NCBI GenBank assembly: GCA_902630715.1
Contig: CACOVO010000002.1
Location: 20,603 to 84,602, forward strand
DNA from: an uncultured SAR86 cluster bacterium
GTDB lineage: Bacteria; Pseudomonadota; Gammaproteobacteria; Magnimaribacterales; Magnimaribacteraceae
Length of the DNA: 64,000 bases
Reading direction: 5' to 3'
The notes beneath the pieces are model-generated. The model ran no database searches, was not told where the DNA came from, and saw nothing but the letters and a program-made list of their open reading frames with translations. Positions 20,915 through 32,588 of the stretch are shown here, in pieces. Numbering within the stretch: the first letter of the stretch is position 1; every line of letters starts with the position of its first letter. The position numbers and the translations under genes were made by a program.

Positions 20915-21977
20915 ATGTTTTAAGATAACTTTCTATTGCAGCTAATCTATCCTCGTTTAATTTTTTTGCAATTAATTTCCCTTCAGTAAGTGATTTATCG
21001 GCGATTACGCCAGATAGAATATTTTCAATATCCTGCCAATTCTTATTTCCAAGTTTGCTAGATTCTCCATTATAAGAGGAGGCCTTAAGAGCTTTATAAA
21101 ATCTTGATGGCTTTCTTAAAAAATCAGTGATCTTGACTAACTCCATCAACGACTCAGACGATATTCTTGTATCATTAAATAATAAAATTTTTCTGCAAAT
21201 TTGGGCAATTTCACTAAATTCCTTAGGTGCATTAAATGCAGTATTTAATTTTTCGAGATTTTCTGTTTGTGCAGTTAGTGCTGACCACCTTACATGTGGA
21301 TCTTTTATTTCTCTAGATGCTAATTTTAATGAACTTAAATTTATATAATTTTCTTGTAAAAACTCTTCAAAAGCATTCACTTCCATAAGAGTAGAGAAGA
21401 AGATTTCCGGATTATTTGTGCACAAAGCCTTGTGCGTCTCCATCCATATCCTTTCTTTACTAAGAGTATCTAGTTCTCCTGATTCACTTATTTTTTTCAT
21501 AAGTTTTAATGTTTCCTTATCAATTACGAACTCAAGATGTTTTAACTTTGACGCGAACCTAGCTACCCTTAAGACTCTTAATGGATCTTCAACAAAGGCT
21601 GAAGAGACGTTTCTCAAGATTTTTTTTTCGAGATCTCTAACACCGTTATAAGGATCTATGAGTGAACCATTTTTATCTTTTGCAATGGCATTTATCGTTA
21701 AATCTCTTCGAAAAAGGTCTTCTTCCAAGGTCACATTTGTGCCGAATGAGAACTCAAAACCTTTATGACCTTTTCCCGACTTTCTTTCTTTTCTGGCAAG
21801 GGCGTATTCTTCTTTTGTCTCGGGATGTAAAAAGACAGGAAAGTCTTTGCCAATTTTCTTATAACCTCTCTTTGTAAGTTCTTCTTCTGATGCACCAACA
21901 ATAACCCAGTCTTTCTCTAATACTTCTATATTCAGTATTTCATCTCTTACTGCGCCACCAACTAAATATATTTCCAT
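20907..21977 (-). CDS. cca: CCA tRNA nucleotidyltransferase (short form)
   Basis: [37 protein letters not shown] and [12 protein letters not shown]; start ATG 21977. Confidence 0.95.
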   Translation of the reverse strand: MEIYLVGGAVRDEILNIEVLEKDWVIVGASEEELTKRGYKKIGKDFPVFLHPETKEEYALARKERKSGKGHKGFEFSFGTNVTLEEDLFRRDLTINAIAKDKNGSLIDPYNGVRDLEKKILRNVSSAFVEDPLRVLRVARFASKLKHLEFVIDKETLKLMKKISESGELDTLSKERIWMETHKALCTNNPEIFFSTLMEVNAFEEFLQENYINLSSLKLASREIKDPHVRWSALTAQTENLEKLNTAFNAPKEFSEIAQICRKILLFNDTRISSESLMELVKITDFLRKPSRFYKALKASSYNGESSKLGNKNWQDIENILSGVIADKSLTEGKLIAKKLNEDRLAAIESYLKTYD

Positions 21978-21981
21978 AACT

Positions 21982-22815
21982 TCAATTAAGCTTATCACAT
22001 GAGAAGATTGAATTATCTTCAAGTCGAATTGTCGTCAGTTTATTTCCCCAAGCACATCCTGTGTCGAGCGCTGTGATTTTCTTACTATTTGTAATTCCAT
22101 TAAGCGCAGCCCAGTGCCCAAAAAGTAAGTGCGTTCTGTTTTCTAAAATTTTGAGTTCATATTTGAACCAAGGCTTAAGGTTTGATGGAGCAGTTTCAAT
22201 TTTTCCTTTATAAGTGAGATCTAATGAACCATCTGATTTATAAAATCGCATTCTGGTTAAATAATTTAGATTTAGTCTAAGCCTATCTTCATCAGTTTTA
22301 CATTTGTCTGGATGATTAGGAGTATTTCCAAAGGCACTTTTCAAAAATTCTTTTGCGTTATCACTTTTCAAGTGCTCACTAAGTTCATTTGAATTTTTAA
22401 TAAGTTGATCTTTATCCCAATGAGGCGGCACTCCGGCATGAGTCATTACGAAAAGCATTTCACCTTTTTGAGTTTTTATTTTTTCTATCGAATGAAATGG
22501 TAACGACTTCAACCAACTCATTAACATCTTTACATCATCACTTCCAAGAACATCCTCGAATGTATCATCAGCAGATATATTTCTTGCAGCTTCATTAACA
22601 GCAATTAAGTGAAGGTCATGATTACCTAAAACTATTTTGCAGCTATCTTTTATAGAGTATAGATAGGTTAAACAATTTAATGACTCCGGACCCCTATTTA
22701 CCAAATCGCCACATATCCACAAGGTATCCTTTTTAGGTTCAAAATTTATCTGTGATAACAGAGTTAGAAACTCTTTGTAACACCCCTGTAAATCTCCGAA
22801 GGCATAATTCGACAT
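21982..22815 (-). CDS. apaH: Symmetrical bis(5'-nucleosyl)-tetraphosphatase
   Basis: [28 protein letters not shown] and LDTGC.WG motifs. Confidence 0.95.
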   Translation of the reverse strand: MSNYAFGDLQGCYKEFLTLLSQINFEPKKDTLWICGDLVNRGPESLNCLTYLYSIKDSCKIVLGNHDLHLIAVNEAARNISADDTFEDVLGSDDVKMLMSWLKSLPFHSIEKIKTQKGEMLFVMTHAGVPPHWDKDQLIKNSNELSEHLKSDNAKEFLKSAFGNTPNHPDKCKTDEDRLRLNLNYLTRMRFYKSDGSLDLTYKGKIETAPSNLKPWFKYELKILENRTHLLFGHWAALNGITNSKKITALDTGCAWGNKLTTIRLEDNSIFSCDKLN

Positions 22816-23579
22816 CAGATGAGAGTTTCAGCAATTTTAATATAATCTTCAACAGAAATATTTTCTGGCCTCATTCTCCCGTCAATATCTAGCTCATTAA
22901 GACCGTAATTGGATATTACCTTTTCCAGGGATTTACCCACCATTTTTCTCTTATGCATAAAAGCAATTTGAGTGATTTCTTGAAGCTTTACTGCTATAGG
23001 ATCATCATATTTTCTTCCCTCTATCGGCTCAAGTCTTAAAAAAACACTATCAACCTTTGGTTCTGGCGAAAAGCTATCTGAGGTTATAGAAAAGCAATAA
23101 TACGGATTTGTAAGGTATTGAGTGATCACTGTGAGTCTTCCGAAGTTTTTACTATTATTAGAGGCAAATAGCCGCTCTCCAAATTCCTTTTGAAACATAA
23201 AATGCATATCTTCAAAGAAATTTATATTTTTGAAACTCCAGAACATTATAGGAGTAGAGATATTGTAGGGAAGATTGCCTATGAGTCTAATTTGCCTATG
23301 AGATAATTTTGAGGGATCAAAATTTAATATATCCTCATGGTGGACTATAAAGTCTCCTTTATCCTCAAAATTGGATAATTCTTTTGAGAGAATATCGTCA
23401 ATCTCTACTGCATGAGTTAGGCCAGCTTTGCTAATCAATTCTCTTGTGATCGCTCCTTTACCAGGTCCAATCTCCAAGAAAATATCCGAAGAGTCAGGAT
23501 TTACATGATTGATAATTTCACTAATTACTTTTCCATCAACCAAAAAATTTTGACCTAAACTTTTTTTGGCTTTAGTCAT
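22815..23579 (-). CDS. rsmA: 16S rRNA dimethyladenosine transferase
   Basis: LGQNFL, EIGPGKG, GNLPYNIS and PKVDS motifs. Confidence 0.95.
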   Translation of the reverse strand: MTKAKKSLGQNFLVDGKVISEIINHVNPDSSDIFLEIGPGKGAITRELISKAGLTHAVEIDDILSKELSNFEDKGDFIVHHEDILNFDPSKLSHRQIRLIGNLPYNISTPIMFWSFKNINFFEDMHFMFQKEFGERLFASNNSKNFGRLTVITQYLTNPYYCFSITSDSFSPEPKVDSVFLRLEPIEGRKYDDPIAVKLQEITQIAFMHKRKMVGKSLEKVISNYGLNELDIDGRMRPENISVEDYIKIAETLI

Positions 23580-23587
23580 TTCTACCT

Positions 23588-24565
23588 TTATAAGCTCATA
23601 AAAGAAGCCATTTCAGCAGCAGCTAATAGACTGGATTCGTCTGCCTTGCCTGTTCCAGATATGTCATAAGCTGTTCCATGATCTACTGAAGTTCTAATAA
23701 ATGGAAGTCCTAGTGTTACATTGACTGTTTCACCAAAGCCCATAGTTTTAATAACCGGAAGACCTTGGTCATGAAACATAGCAAGAAAAACATCTGCCTT
23801 ATCTCCCTTTTCTGTCTCCAGAAATGCTGTATCTGCAGATAAAGGACCTACGACATTAATGCCTTTTCTTTTCAAATTATTTAAAGTTGGACGGATGATA
23901 TTTTCCTCTTCATCACCTATAAATCCTCCGTCACCCGCATGAGGATTCAATCCAAGGACTTTTATCATGGGATTGTCTTTAACAAGATATTTTTTCACCG
24001 ATTCATGCAATATTGTAATTACTTCGGTAAGGAGTTCTTCACTTATGTAAGAAGCTACATCATTCAGAGGCACATGAGTTGTGGCAAGAGCAATTTTGAT
24101 TCTTTCATTTGCGAGCATCATTACAACTCTCTTGGTATTTGATATTCTTGCAAGTTCCTCAGTATGCCCTGTAAATGGAATACCAGCTTTATTTATGAGC
24201 TCTTTATTGATTGGACAAGTAACTATTGCATCAAATTCTTTTGAGATAACCTTTGCCACTGAATCTTCAAATATTTCGATTATATATTTAGCGGAACTCG
24301 TAGAAGGTTTTCCTGGTTCTATATAATCATCAATTTCTTTATCCAACATCCACAAGTATTCACTAGCAAGTTTCTCAACTTCTTGTCCTTTGTATTCCTT
24401 AATTTTAACGTCACATTTAAGCAATTCTGCTCTGGCTTTGAATAAGTCAATATTTCCAAAAACTATTGGCTTGTAATCTAAATTTTTATTTTTACCGAAG
24501 GCCTTTATGCAAACATCTGGACCTATTCCAGCTGGGTCTCCGGAGGAGACAACTATTTTCGTCAT
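23588..24565 (-). CDS. pdxA: 4-hydroxythreonine-4-phosphate dehydrogenase
   Basis: GDPAGIGP, GHTE, LNPHAG, HDQGLP and RTSVDHGTA motifs. Confidence 0.96.
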   Translation of the reverse strand: MTKIVVSSGDPAGIGPDVCIKAFGKNKNLDYKPIVFGNIDLFKARAELLKCDVKIKEYKGQEVEKLASEYLWMLDKEIDDYIEPGKPSTSSAKYIIEIFEDSVAKVISKEFDAIVTCPINKELINKAGIPFTGHTEELARISNTKRVVMMLANERIKIALATTHVPLNDVASYISEELLTEVITILHESVKKYLVKDNPMIKVLGLNPHAGDGGFIGDEEENIIRPTLNNLKRKGINVVGPLSADTAFLETEKGDKADVFLAMFHDQGLPVIKTMGFGETVNVTLGLPFIRTSVDHGTAYDISGTGKADESSLLAAAEMASFMSL

Positions 24566-25881
24566 GAGTTCAATTTTATATCCACGTAAGCCTCAGCCCT
24601 GAGTTCTATAAGTGTGCTTTGCAATTCTTGTTCGAATTTTCTTTTGAAGATAATTTGATAAGCTCTATTTTTCTGCTCTTCTTCGCTGACATCCTCATTT
24701 CTTCTATCCAAAACTTCAATTATGTGCCAACCAAAAGATGATTTTATGGGCTCCGATAATGCTCCAATCTCAGTAGCATTCATAGTCGTCTCAAAAGCTG
24801 GATCAAAATCTCCAGGATTGCTCCAACCCAATTCGCCTCCATCCATCTTAGAACCAGGATCCTCAGAAAATTGTCTGGCAAGTTGCTTAAAATCTTCACC
24901 TTCCCCCAATCTTCTATAAATATCATTAATAAGGTCTTCAGCCTGCTTTTCCGTTCTAATCTCTGAAGGTTGAATGAGAATATGTCTTGCTAGAGTTTGA
25001 TCAAGGAATTTAACCGTATTACCTCTTTTGTCTGCAAGTTTTAAAATATGAAAACCAGCTCCGCTTCTCACAGGATCTGAGATATCACCAACTTTTAAGC
25101 CATCTATCACTTTGGCAAAAAGACTCGGAAGCTCAGCAGATGTTCTCCATCCTAGAAAACCACCTTCGAGAGCATTTTGACCTGAAGAATAAGCGGCAGC
25201 CAGCTTTTCAAAGCTTTCTCCTTTTTTAATTCTTTCCAATAATGAGTATGCTTCATTCTCTATTTGTTTTACTTCTTCCTCAGTTAACCCACTCTTAACA
25301 GATAAAAGTATGTTTTGGACATTATATTGCTCTGCTAGCTGAGTTCTGCCTTCCTCAGAATTAATGAAGTTTTCAAGCTCTTGTTCCGAGATATCAATTT
25401 TAGCTCCAACTTTCCCTCTCTGAACCCTCTGAATTATTAGTTCCTTTCGAATTGTATCTCTAAAGGCCCGGTAAGATGTTCCTTCTTCTTCTAGCTTTAT
25501 CCTGAACTCTTCAAGACTTAAATTATTTTGGGCAGATACCCTTGAAAGGGTTTGATTAAGCTCAGAGTCGCTGATTTTGATACCGGCTCTATCGGCTATT
25601 TGCATTTGAATTTCTTCAACAATTAATCTATCCAGTACCTGCTCTTCGAGCAAGTTTAGAGGCGGCAATTCGGCTTTATCACTTTTTAGTCTCAATAAAA
25701 TATCTTCAACTCTTGAATTAAGTTGCGATTCCATAATTACGCCTGAGTCGACAACCGCAACAACTCTGTCTATCAATTCTATTTTTGAATAAATATTTAA
25801 GGAAAACGTTAGAATTGATAAGAATAAAAGTATTCCCTTGCTTAGACAGACAAGAGGTTTGAATGATTTAATTAAGTACAT
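24562..25881 (-). CDS. surA: Periplasmic chaperone/PPIase SurA
   Basis: IDRVVAVV and two parvulin domains (GGFLGW, GGELGW, FGWHII); lptD-surA-pdxA order. Confidence 0.93.
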   Translation of the reverse strand: MYLIKSFKPLVCLSKGILLFLSILTFSLNIYSKIELIDRVVAVVDSGVIMESQLNSRVEDILLRLKSDKAELPPLNLLEEQVLDRLIVEEIQMQIADRAGIKISDSELNQTLSRVSAQNNLSLEEFRIKLEEEGTSYRAFRDTIRKELIIQRVQRGKVGAKIDISEQELENFINSEEGRTQLAEQYNVQNILLSVKSGLTEEEVKQIENEAYSLLERIKKGESFEKLAAAYSSGQNALEGGFLGWRTSAELPSLFAKVIDGLKVGDISDPVRSGAGFHILKLADKRGNTVKFLDQTLARHILIQPSEIRTEKQAEDLINDIYRRLGEGEDFKQLARQFSEDPGSKMDGGELGWSNPGDFDPAFETTMNATEIGALSEPIKSSFGWHIIEVLDRRNEDVSEEEQKNRAYQIIFKRKFEQELQSTLIELRAEAYVDIKLNS

Positions 25882-25916
25882 GATGAGTATTTTCTTCTTT
25901 TTTCTTTTTGATGCAA

Positions 25917-28124
25917 TTATTGAAATCTTTTAGATCTCAAAACTTCAGATATTTTTTTCCCAAATCTCCCAATTTCAGTCAATTCAAAAAATAGATAAAT
26001 ATTATCTTTTTCTTTTTCAGGTAACAAACCATCACTAAAATAGTTCGTATCATTTGCATTATAAAAAGAATAGTAGTCTTGATCAGTCCATTTCCTTTTC
26101 ATCAAGCCAACTTTTAAACAACAATTAGAGTATTCGATTCCGTAGGACAAGTCTCTCGTAAAGTCAATTTCCTCATCTTTTAAAACTTTACTAAACAAGA
26201 GAAAATTTTCAGCGATTGACCATTGGCCAATAAATTCTAACTGATTGATAGGCTTGTCAAAATCTTTCCATATAACTGGATTGTTAAGATATTTTGGTTG
26301 TCTCTTATATATCGACCTTAATTGAAAATTCCTTTTTTTATCATTTTCATAAATTATTCCAACATGGCCTCTTTCAATTCTCTTTAGCTCCGAAGATAAT
26401 TCAAATGATCCATGTAATTTAAAATCACCAACGAGATTGAACTTAAAATCGGACACATAAGAGGAATTTTTTGACTCATCAGCAAAGAGCCTTTCTTCTT
26501 CATTGAAAAAAGCTCTTCCAAATGAGAAAGATCTCTCCTTGTTGCTTGAAAATTCGTATGAGTTATATTCTATGCCAAGAATCAATCTATCTCTTTCAAG
26601 GAACAAATCTGATCCTGTAAACCAGTTCTTTCTGAAAATGGTTTCATAATTCAAATTTAGAAATTTTGAATCTACACTCCTTTCAAAATTATTCTCTCCA
26701 TCGATCCAGATCAATTTTATTACAGGATTTAACGAGCTGAATCTATCATTACTAATTTTTTCCATAAATATCTCATGTGAGATCTCAGCCCAGCTGTATG
26801 AATTTTCATAATCTTGAGAGGACGTTTCATAGTCTGTCTTTCTAAAACCAGCTGTAAATGATGACTTGGATGAAATATTTTCCAGATCAATTCCAATAGA
26901 AGGTTCGAAATACTTTCTTTTCAAATTTTCGCTTTTTTTATAAGGATTAAAATATTCTTGAAATGAAAACTTAGAATAATCAGCAAGTAGCTTAAATTTA
27001 AAACTATTCAATCTTTTTTTATACTCGAAATTGAAGTTCGGTTCTGTGTCGTAATCATTTGAAAGGAAAGGATTAAGGTTTTGGAATTGATTCAGCTGCC
27101 CTTTAAGCTTAAGGTCATTTATATCAATACCAATCGATACATTTCTAGTAAGAAAATCTTTTTGTTGAGTTCCTAGGATGTCATCATCTAAATCCTCAAA
27201 AAATAAGTTGTCGCTGACATGCTCAGAAAATATCTTTAAATAACCTGAATTATTTTTGTATATTGTATTTAGCTTCGATGCCCATCTTTTTTCAGATTTT
27301 CCTACCTCATCGGAATACTTCCTATCATTTGAAAAATGAGTAAAAGCTATGTTTCCAAAAGAGTTTTCTGATAAAAATCTTCCTTCTGAGCTTATACCAG
27401 AGCCTCTTTCCTCAATATATCTTGGCGTGATGGTAAGGTCATAGTTAGAAGCAAAACTAAAAAAATAAGGAATTGAAAGATCTAGACCATCCTTACCTTG
27501 TTTTATAGAGGGAGAAAGAAAACCAGAAAAGCTATCATTTCCTACCCCAGTTCTCAAATAAGGAATATACAGGATAGGAATATTCGATAACTCGACTATT
27601 ACATCTCTAATAATTACGTTTTTCCTGTCATCGGTAATAATTATTTTTTTTGAAATGAGGTCCCATGAGTCACTTTCTTTTTCACAACTTGATATAGATA
27701 CATTAAGAAGTTCTATTTCGTCATTAAATTCAATATTTATTAGTCTTGCATCTCCGAAGGCCCTATTTATGAAATTAAAGCTGGAATCGTAAAGAAGAAA
27801 TTTGTTTTTTTGGAAGTCCGCTTCCAATGTCTCTGCATTTACTGAGAGATTTCTCGATAAGGCCTTAATATTTCCCTTAAGTAATATTAGTTCTTTCTCA
27901 GGATCGTAAGTGGCTTCATCAGACCACAGTTCTACTTCACCAGCATCTATAATTACATTACCTGTCAACTTAAGAATACCTGAATCAGTAGATTCTATAA
28001 ATTGAGCATTAATAGAATTTATCTTCAAATTATCCGGCTCGTCGCCTACTAAAAGGGATGGATTTATCGTGCAGATACAAACCATCATGATGGCTAGAGG
28101 GGAGTATTCTCTAAACATAATCAA
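25917..28124 (-). CDS. lptD: LPS-assembly outer-membrane protein LptD (divergent)
   Basis: OstA-like N-terminus, IPILYIPY, SGFLSPS, YDLTITP and EYSNCC; conserved position before surA. Confidence 0.85.
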   Translation of the reverse strand: MIMFREYSPLAIMMVCICTINPSLLVGDEPDNLKINSINAQFIESTDSGILKLTGNVIIDAGEVELWSDEATYDPEKELILLKGNIKALSRNLSVNAETLEADFQKNKFLLYDSSFNFINRAFGDARLINIEFNDEIELLNVSISSCEKESDSWDLISKKIIITDDRKNVIIRDVIVELSNIPILYIPYLRTGVGNDSFSGFLSPSIKQGKDGLDLSIPYFFSFASNYDLTITPRYIEERGSGISSEGRFLSENSFGNIAFTHFSNDRKYSDEVGKSEKRWASKLNTIYKNNSGYLKIFSEHVSDNLFFEDLDDDILGTQQKDFLTRNVSIGIDINDLKLKGQLNQFQNLNPFLSNDYDTEPNFNFEYKKRLNSFKFKLLADYSKFSFQEYFNPYKKSENLKRKYFEPSIGIDLENISSKSSFTAGFRKTDYETSSQDYENSYSWAEISHEIFMEKISNDRFSSLNPVIKLIWIDGENNFERSVDSKFLNLNYETIFRKNWFTGSDLFLERDRLILGIEYNSYEFSSNKERSFSFGRAFFNEEERLFADESKNSSYVSDFKFNLVGDFKLHGSFELSSELKRIERGHVGIIYENDKKRNFQLRSIYKRQPKYLNNPVIWKDFDKPINQLEFIGQWSIAENFLLFSKVLKDEEIDFTRDLSYGIEYSNCCLKVGLMKRKWTDQDYYSFYNANDTNYFSDGLLPEKEKDNIYLFFELTEIGRFGKKISEVLRSKRFQ

Positions 28125-28205
28125 AATTAGAGTATATTTGGCCTTAATTGTTCCATAAACTTATAAGGATCATAAAGGAAGAACTCCTCAGATTACTATC
28201 AAATT

Positions 28206-29222
28206 ATGATAAAGATAATAGATAACTTTCAAAAATGGGCTCTATCCAAAGGTCCAGATTTAGATTTCGAATCTATAGAAAGTTTTACACCTCTGAGGGA
28301 GCAAGCTAGCTTGAGGAGATATTTTAGAATCTTGACAAATAATGGAACTAAAATAGGAGTTGTTTCTGAGCTTGGTTCTAGTGAAAACGAACTTTTTAAG
28401 CATTTCTCCGAATTCTTCATTCAAAACGGGATCAGAGCCCCAAAAGTTGAAGCTTTAGACATTGAAAAAGGCTTCATGATAGTTGAAGATTTCGGCGACA
28501 AGGTCCTTCAACTATTTATAAGTCCCGATAATAAAGAAATTTTTTTTAAGGCGGCAATTGAGGAAATCTATAAAATTCAATCTTGTAATACTTCAATTAC
28601 TCTAAAAACGCTCTCCGAAGAAGATCTCAAAAACCAAATGAGTTTATTTGAGACTTGGTTTCTAGAGGAACTTTTAAACTTTAACCTTTCAGATGATGAT
28701 CGGATTATTGTGCACGATTCATGGAAAAAAATAGCACTTAACTGCTCTAAACAACCTTACGTTCTATGCCATTTCGATTTCGAATTTAGAAACCTTATGC
28801 TTCTCTCAGACAATAATATTGGGGTTTTAGATTTTCAAGATCTATGTTTCGGACCTTATGGCTTGGATCTTGCTTCAATTCTCATGGATATTGACCATCC
28901 CATCGAAAGAAGAGAATTTCGGGAATATTTGGATTTCTATAAACATCTTACTCAGAAAGAAGGAAAAGAGGAAAACTATTCACTCGCAGAGATGGAAAAG
29001 GATGTTGACTATTCTGGATTCCAGCGCCAATTTCGCATTCTAGGAACACTTTCAAGACTTCACATAAGAGACAAAAAGTCTTTTAGATTACCTGATTTAT
29101 CTCAGACATTAAAATATTTAATAAAGGGGTCTTATAAGTATAGCGAGCTTGAGGAGCTTGGAGCATTTTTAGACGAAAAGATGCTACCCAGACTAAATGA
29201 ATTTCTTGGGATGATTAAATGA
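28206..29222 (+). CDS. amgK: MurNAc/GlcNAc anomeric kinase
   Basis: ASLRRYFR, HFDFEFRNLM, LDFQD and YGLDLAS; divergent from lptD and before murU as in Pseudomonas. Confidence 0.82.
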   Translation: MIKIIDNFQKWALSKGPDLDFESIESFTPLREQASLRRYFRILTNNGTKIGVVSELGSSENELFKHFSEFFIQNGIRAPKVEALDIEKGFMIVEDFGDKVLQLFISPDNKEIFFKAAIEEIYKIQSCNTSITLKTLSEEDLKNQMSLFETWFLEELLNFNLSDDDRIIVHDSWKKIALNCSKQPYVLCHFDFEFRNLMLLSDNNIGVLDFQDLCFGPYGLDLASILMDIDHPIERREFREYLDFYKHLTQKEGKEENYSLAEMEKDVDYSGFQRQFRILGTLSRLHIRDKKSFRLPDLSQTLKYLIKGSYKYSELEELGAFLDEKMLPRLNEFLGMIK

Positions 29223-29884
29223 AAGCCTTTCTTCTTGCTGCCGGAAAAGGTAAGAGACTTCTTCCTCTTACGAAAGACAATCCAAAGCCACTTGTCAAAG
29301 TAGGTGGCCTTTCGTTGTTGGAAAGAAATCTACAAAAATTGCAGGAAATTGCCATTAAGGAGGTCGTTATCAACATACATCACCATGGCGAAAAAATCAT
29401 AGATCAACTTGGTGACGGATCTCGATTCAATATGAAAATATCTTATTCCATAGAGAAGGAATTACTGGGAACCGGAGGAGGAATTCAGAATGCAATAAGT
29501 CATTTTGAAGATCCTTTTATAGTTCTGAGTTCCGATACTTGGACAGATTTTGATTTCAAGACTCTCGAACTTGGCGAAAACCTTTTAGGACATATGGTTT
29601 TCCTACCTAATCCCTCTAACCATAAAGAAGGAGACGCATCTATTATAGAGGGTAAAGTCAGGCATGATTTTGATGGTATTAAATATACTTTCTCTGGCCT
29701 ATCCATTCTTTCTCCTGATTTATTTAGACAAAAAGATAATTCGAAGACAGACCTGTGGAATGATTTTTTAAAACCAGCATCTATAGAGGGATTAGTTTCT
29801 GGCGAGATTTTTCAAGGAAAATTTGAGAATTTAAATACTTTAGAAGACATTGAAAGATTAGACGCTTTACTAAGCGAAGAGTAA
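29219..29884 (+). CDS. murU: MurNAc-alpha-1-phosphate uridylyltransferase
   Basis: [17 protein letters not shown] and LGTGGGI; coupled to amgK. Confidence 0.85.
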   Translation: MKAFLLAAGKGKRLLPLTKDNPKPLVKVGGLSLLERNLQKLQEIAIKEVVINIHHHGEKIIDQLGDGSRFNMKISYSIEKELLGTGGGIQNAISHFEDPFIVLSSDTWTDFDFKTLELGENLLGHMVFLPNPSNHKEGDASIIEGKVRHDFDGIKYTFSGLSILSPDLFRQKDNSKTDLWNDFLKPASIEGLVSGEIFQGKFENLNTLEDIERLDALLSEE

Positions 29885-29886
29885 AC

Positions 29887-30570
29887 TTGCTCAAAATGAG
29901 TAATAAGGATTACGTAATAGCACCCTCTATATTGTCGGCTGACTTCGCTCGTTTAGGAGAAGACTCCAAAAAAGTTCTGGATGCTGGAGCTGATTGGATA
30001 CATTTTGACGTAATGGACAACCATTATGTACCTAATCTCACCATTGGGCCTATGGTATGCAAGGCATTGCGAGACTACGGAATAGAAGCCCCGATTGATA
30101 CTCATCTGATGGTCAAACCGGTTGATGATCTAATTCAAAGCTTTTCTGAAGCAGGATCAAGCTATATAACCTTTCATCCTGAAGCTTCCGATGATATTGA
30201 TAAGTCAATAAGACTTATTAAAGAAAATAATTGCAAAGCAGGTTTGGTTTTAAATCCTGAATCACCAGTAAGCCTGATCAGAGATTCTTTGGATAAGGTG
30301 GATATGATTTTGCTAATGTCAGTTAATCCAGGATTTGGAGGACAGCAATTTATCGAGTCAGTTCTTGAAAAAGTTTCCGAGGTCAGATCGATGATCGACA
30401 AAGATAATTTGAATATAAGGTTAGAAATCGATGGAGGTATAAATTTAGAAAATATTTCTAGAGCAGCATCTGCTGGTGCAGATACATTTGTTGCAGGATC
30501 TGCGATCTTCAATCAAAAGGATTATTCAGAGATTATTAATAAAATGAAAGCATCCTTAGGTGCCATCTAA
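29887..30570 (+). CDS. rpe: Ribulose-phosphate 3-epimerase
   Basis: [26 protein letters not shown] and IDGG (alternative start ATG 29896). Confidence 0.97.
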   Translation: MLKMSNKDYVIAPSILSADFARLGEDSKKVLDAGADWIHFDVMDNHYVPNLTIGPMVCKALRDYGIEAPIDTHLMVKPVDDLIQSFSEAGSSYITFHPEASDDIDKSIRLIKENNCKAGLVLNPESPVSLIRDSLDKVDMILLMSVNPGFGGQQFIESVLEKVSEVRSMIDKDNLNIRLEIDGGINLENISRAASAGADTFVAGSAIFNQKDYSEIINKMKASLGAI

Positions 30571-30573
30571 AGA

Positions 30574-32016
30574 GTGGAAACCAATATAAAAATTCCTATT
30601 TCTAGAGAAATCCTAGCAGATATGGAAACTCCTTTGAGTGTATTCAGAAAACTTGCCAATTGTTCATACAGTTATCTTTTTGAATCTGTTGAAGGTGGTG
30701 AAAAATGGGCGAGGTACTCACTTATAGGTTTGCAAGCAAAAAAAGTAATTAAAGTTAAAAAGAATGAAATAGAAGTGCTTAATGAGGGAAAACAAGAAAG
30801 CCTGACTACAGTTGATGATCCCCTCGAATATATAGATGTCTTGCAAAAAAGTTATATTCTTCAAGAAGATCCGGATCTTCCCAAGTTTAATGGCGGTTTG
30901 GTAGGTTATTTTTCTTATGACTGCATCCGTTATATTGAGAAACGACTTCAGAATTCTTCTCCTCCTGACCCACTTGGAACCCCGGAAGCTTTGTTTATGA
31001 TTTCAGACGAGGTTGCAGTTTTCGACAATTTAAAAAATAAACTTCATCTTATAATCCTAGTTAATTCAAAAGAGGAAATCAAAAAAGCAGAAAAAAGACT
31101 TGATGAATTAGAGGAGAAATTGAGAAAACCACTTAACTTTCAAGACTTTAAAAAACCGGAAAAAAGTATTACAGAGTCAGACTTCGAGTCTGGTTTTGGA
31201 GAAGTGGATTTTAAATCCTCAGTTGAAAAAGCTAAGGTGTATATAGAAGAGGGAGATATTATGCAGGTTGTCTGCTCTCAACGTATGTCAATTCCTTTCA
31301 CAGCAGATCCTGTTGCCCTTTATCGTTCTGTGAGGCAATTGAATCCCTCTCCCTATATGTACTATTTAAACCTTGATGATTTTCATATTGTGGGATCTTC
31401 TCCAGAGATCTTAGCAAGATTAGAGGACAGTAAAGTAACTGTTAGACCTATAGCCGGGACGAGAAGGAGAGGAAAGGACGAAACAGATGATTTGGCGATG
31501 GAAAAAGACATGGTTAATGATCCTAAGGAAATTGCTGAACATTTGATGCTAATTGATCTCGGCAGAAATGATGTAGGAAGAATTGCTAAACCAGGCTCAG
31601 TCAAGGTCACAGAGGAATTCGGTATTGAAAGGTATAGTCATGTTATGCATATGGTTTCGAATGTTGAAGCTGAAATAAGAGAGGATAAATCCGCAATAGA
31701 TTTATTTAGAGCAACCTTTCCAGCAGGAACTGTTTCAGGTGCCCCAAAAATTAGAGCTATGGAGATTATCGATGAGTTCGAACCGGTTAAAAGAGGAATT
31801 TACGGAGGAGCGATAGGATATCTCTCATGGCAGGGGAATATGGATATGGCTATAGCAATCAGGACAGCTGTAATAAAGGATGAGGTTTTGTACATTCAAG
31901 CTGGAGGTGGTTGGGTTGCTGATTCTATTCCTGATCTTGAGTGGAAAGAATCACTAAATAAGGGAAGGGCAATTTTTAAAGCTGCAGAAATGGTTCAAGA
32001 AAAGTTAGATGGTTGA
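30574..32016 (+). CDS. trpE: Anthranilate synthase component I
   Basis: LFESVEGG, NPSPYM, RPIAGT, EHLMLIDLGRND and GTVSGAPK motifs. Confidence 0.96.
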   Translation: METNIKIPISREILADMETPLSVFRKLANCSYSYLFESVEGGEKWARYSLIGLQAKKVIKVKKNEIEVLNEGKQESLTTVDDPLEYIDVLQKSYILQEDPDLPKFNGGLVGYFSYDCIRYIEKRLQNSSPPDPLGTPEALFMISDEVAVFDNLKNKLHLIILVNSKEEIKKAEKRLDELEEKLRKPLNFQDFKKPEKSITESDFESGFGEVDFKSSVEKAKVYIEEGDIMQVVCSQRMSIPFTADPVALYRSVRQLNPSPYMYYLNLDDFHIVGSSPEILARLEDSKVTVRPIAGTRRRGKDETDDLAMEKDMVNDPKEIAEHLMLIDLGRNDVGRIAKPGSVKVTEEFGIERYSHVMHMVSNVEAEIREDKSAIDLFRATFPAGTVSGAPKIRAMEIIDEFEPVKRGIYGGAIGYLSWQGNMDMAIAIRTAVIKDEVLYIQAGGGWVADSIPDLEWKESLNKGRAIFKAAEMVQEKLDG

Positions 32017-32019
32017 TTT

Positions 32020-32583
32020 ATGTTATTGATGATAGACAATTACGACTCATTTACTTTTAATTTAGTGCAATATTTCTATGAAATGGGGGAAGAAGTAGAG
32101 GTTCATAGAAATGATGAAATCAGCCTAGCTCAAATTGAAGCAATAGCTCCTGATTATCTTGTTATATCACCTGGACCTTGTACCCCTAAAGAGGCAGGTA
32201 TATCTGTTGATGCGATAAAAGCTTTCTCAGGATCGATACCTATTTTAGGAGTATGTCTTGGCCATCAATCTATAGGTTTTGCTTATGGCGCTGAAATAAT
32301 AAAAGCAAAAGAAATCATGCACGGAAAAATATCAAAGATTAATCACTGCAAAAAAGGGATATTTTCATCTATTGATCAAAATTTTAAAGCTACAAGATAT
32401 CATTCTTTGGTAATAGATGAATCGACATTACCGGATGAATTTGAGGTAACTGCTAGATCAGAAGACAAAACTATTATGGCTATTCAACATAAATCGATTT
32501 CTTTAACAGGAATTCAATTTCATCCAGAATCAATTGCGACAGAAAATGGAAAGCAACTACTACAGAATTTTTTAAATCAATAA
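32020..32583 (+). CDS. trpG: Anthranilate synthase component II (glutamine amidotransferase)
   Basis: IDNYDSFT, SPGP, GVCLGHQ and QFHPES motifs. Confidence 0.95.
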   Translation: MLLMIDNYDSFTFNLVQYFYEMGEEVEVHRNDEISLAQIEAIAPDYLVISPGPCTPKEAGISVDAIKAFSGSIPILGVCLGHQSIGFAYGAEIIKAKEIMHGKISKINHCKKGIFSSIDQNFKATRYHSLVIDESTLPDEFEVTARSEDKTIMAIQHKSISLTGIQFHPESIATENGKQLLQNFLNQ

Positions 32584-32588
32584 CAGAC

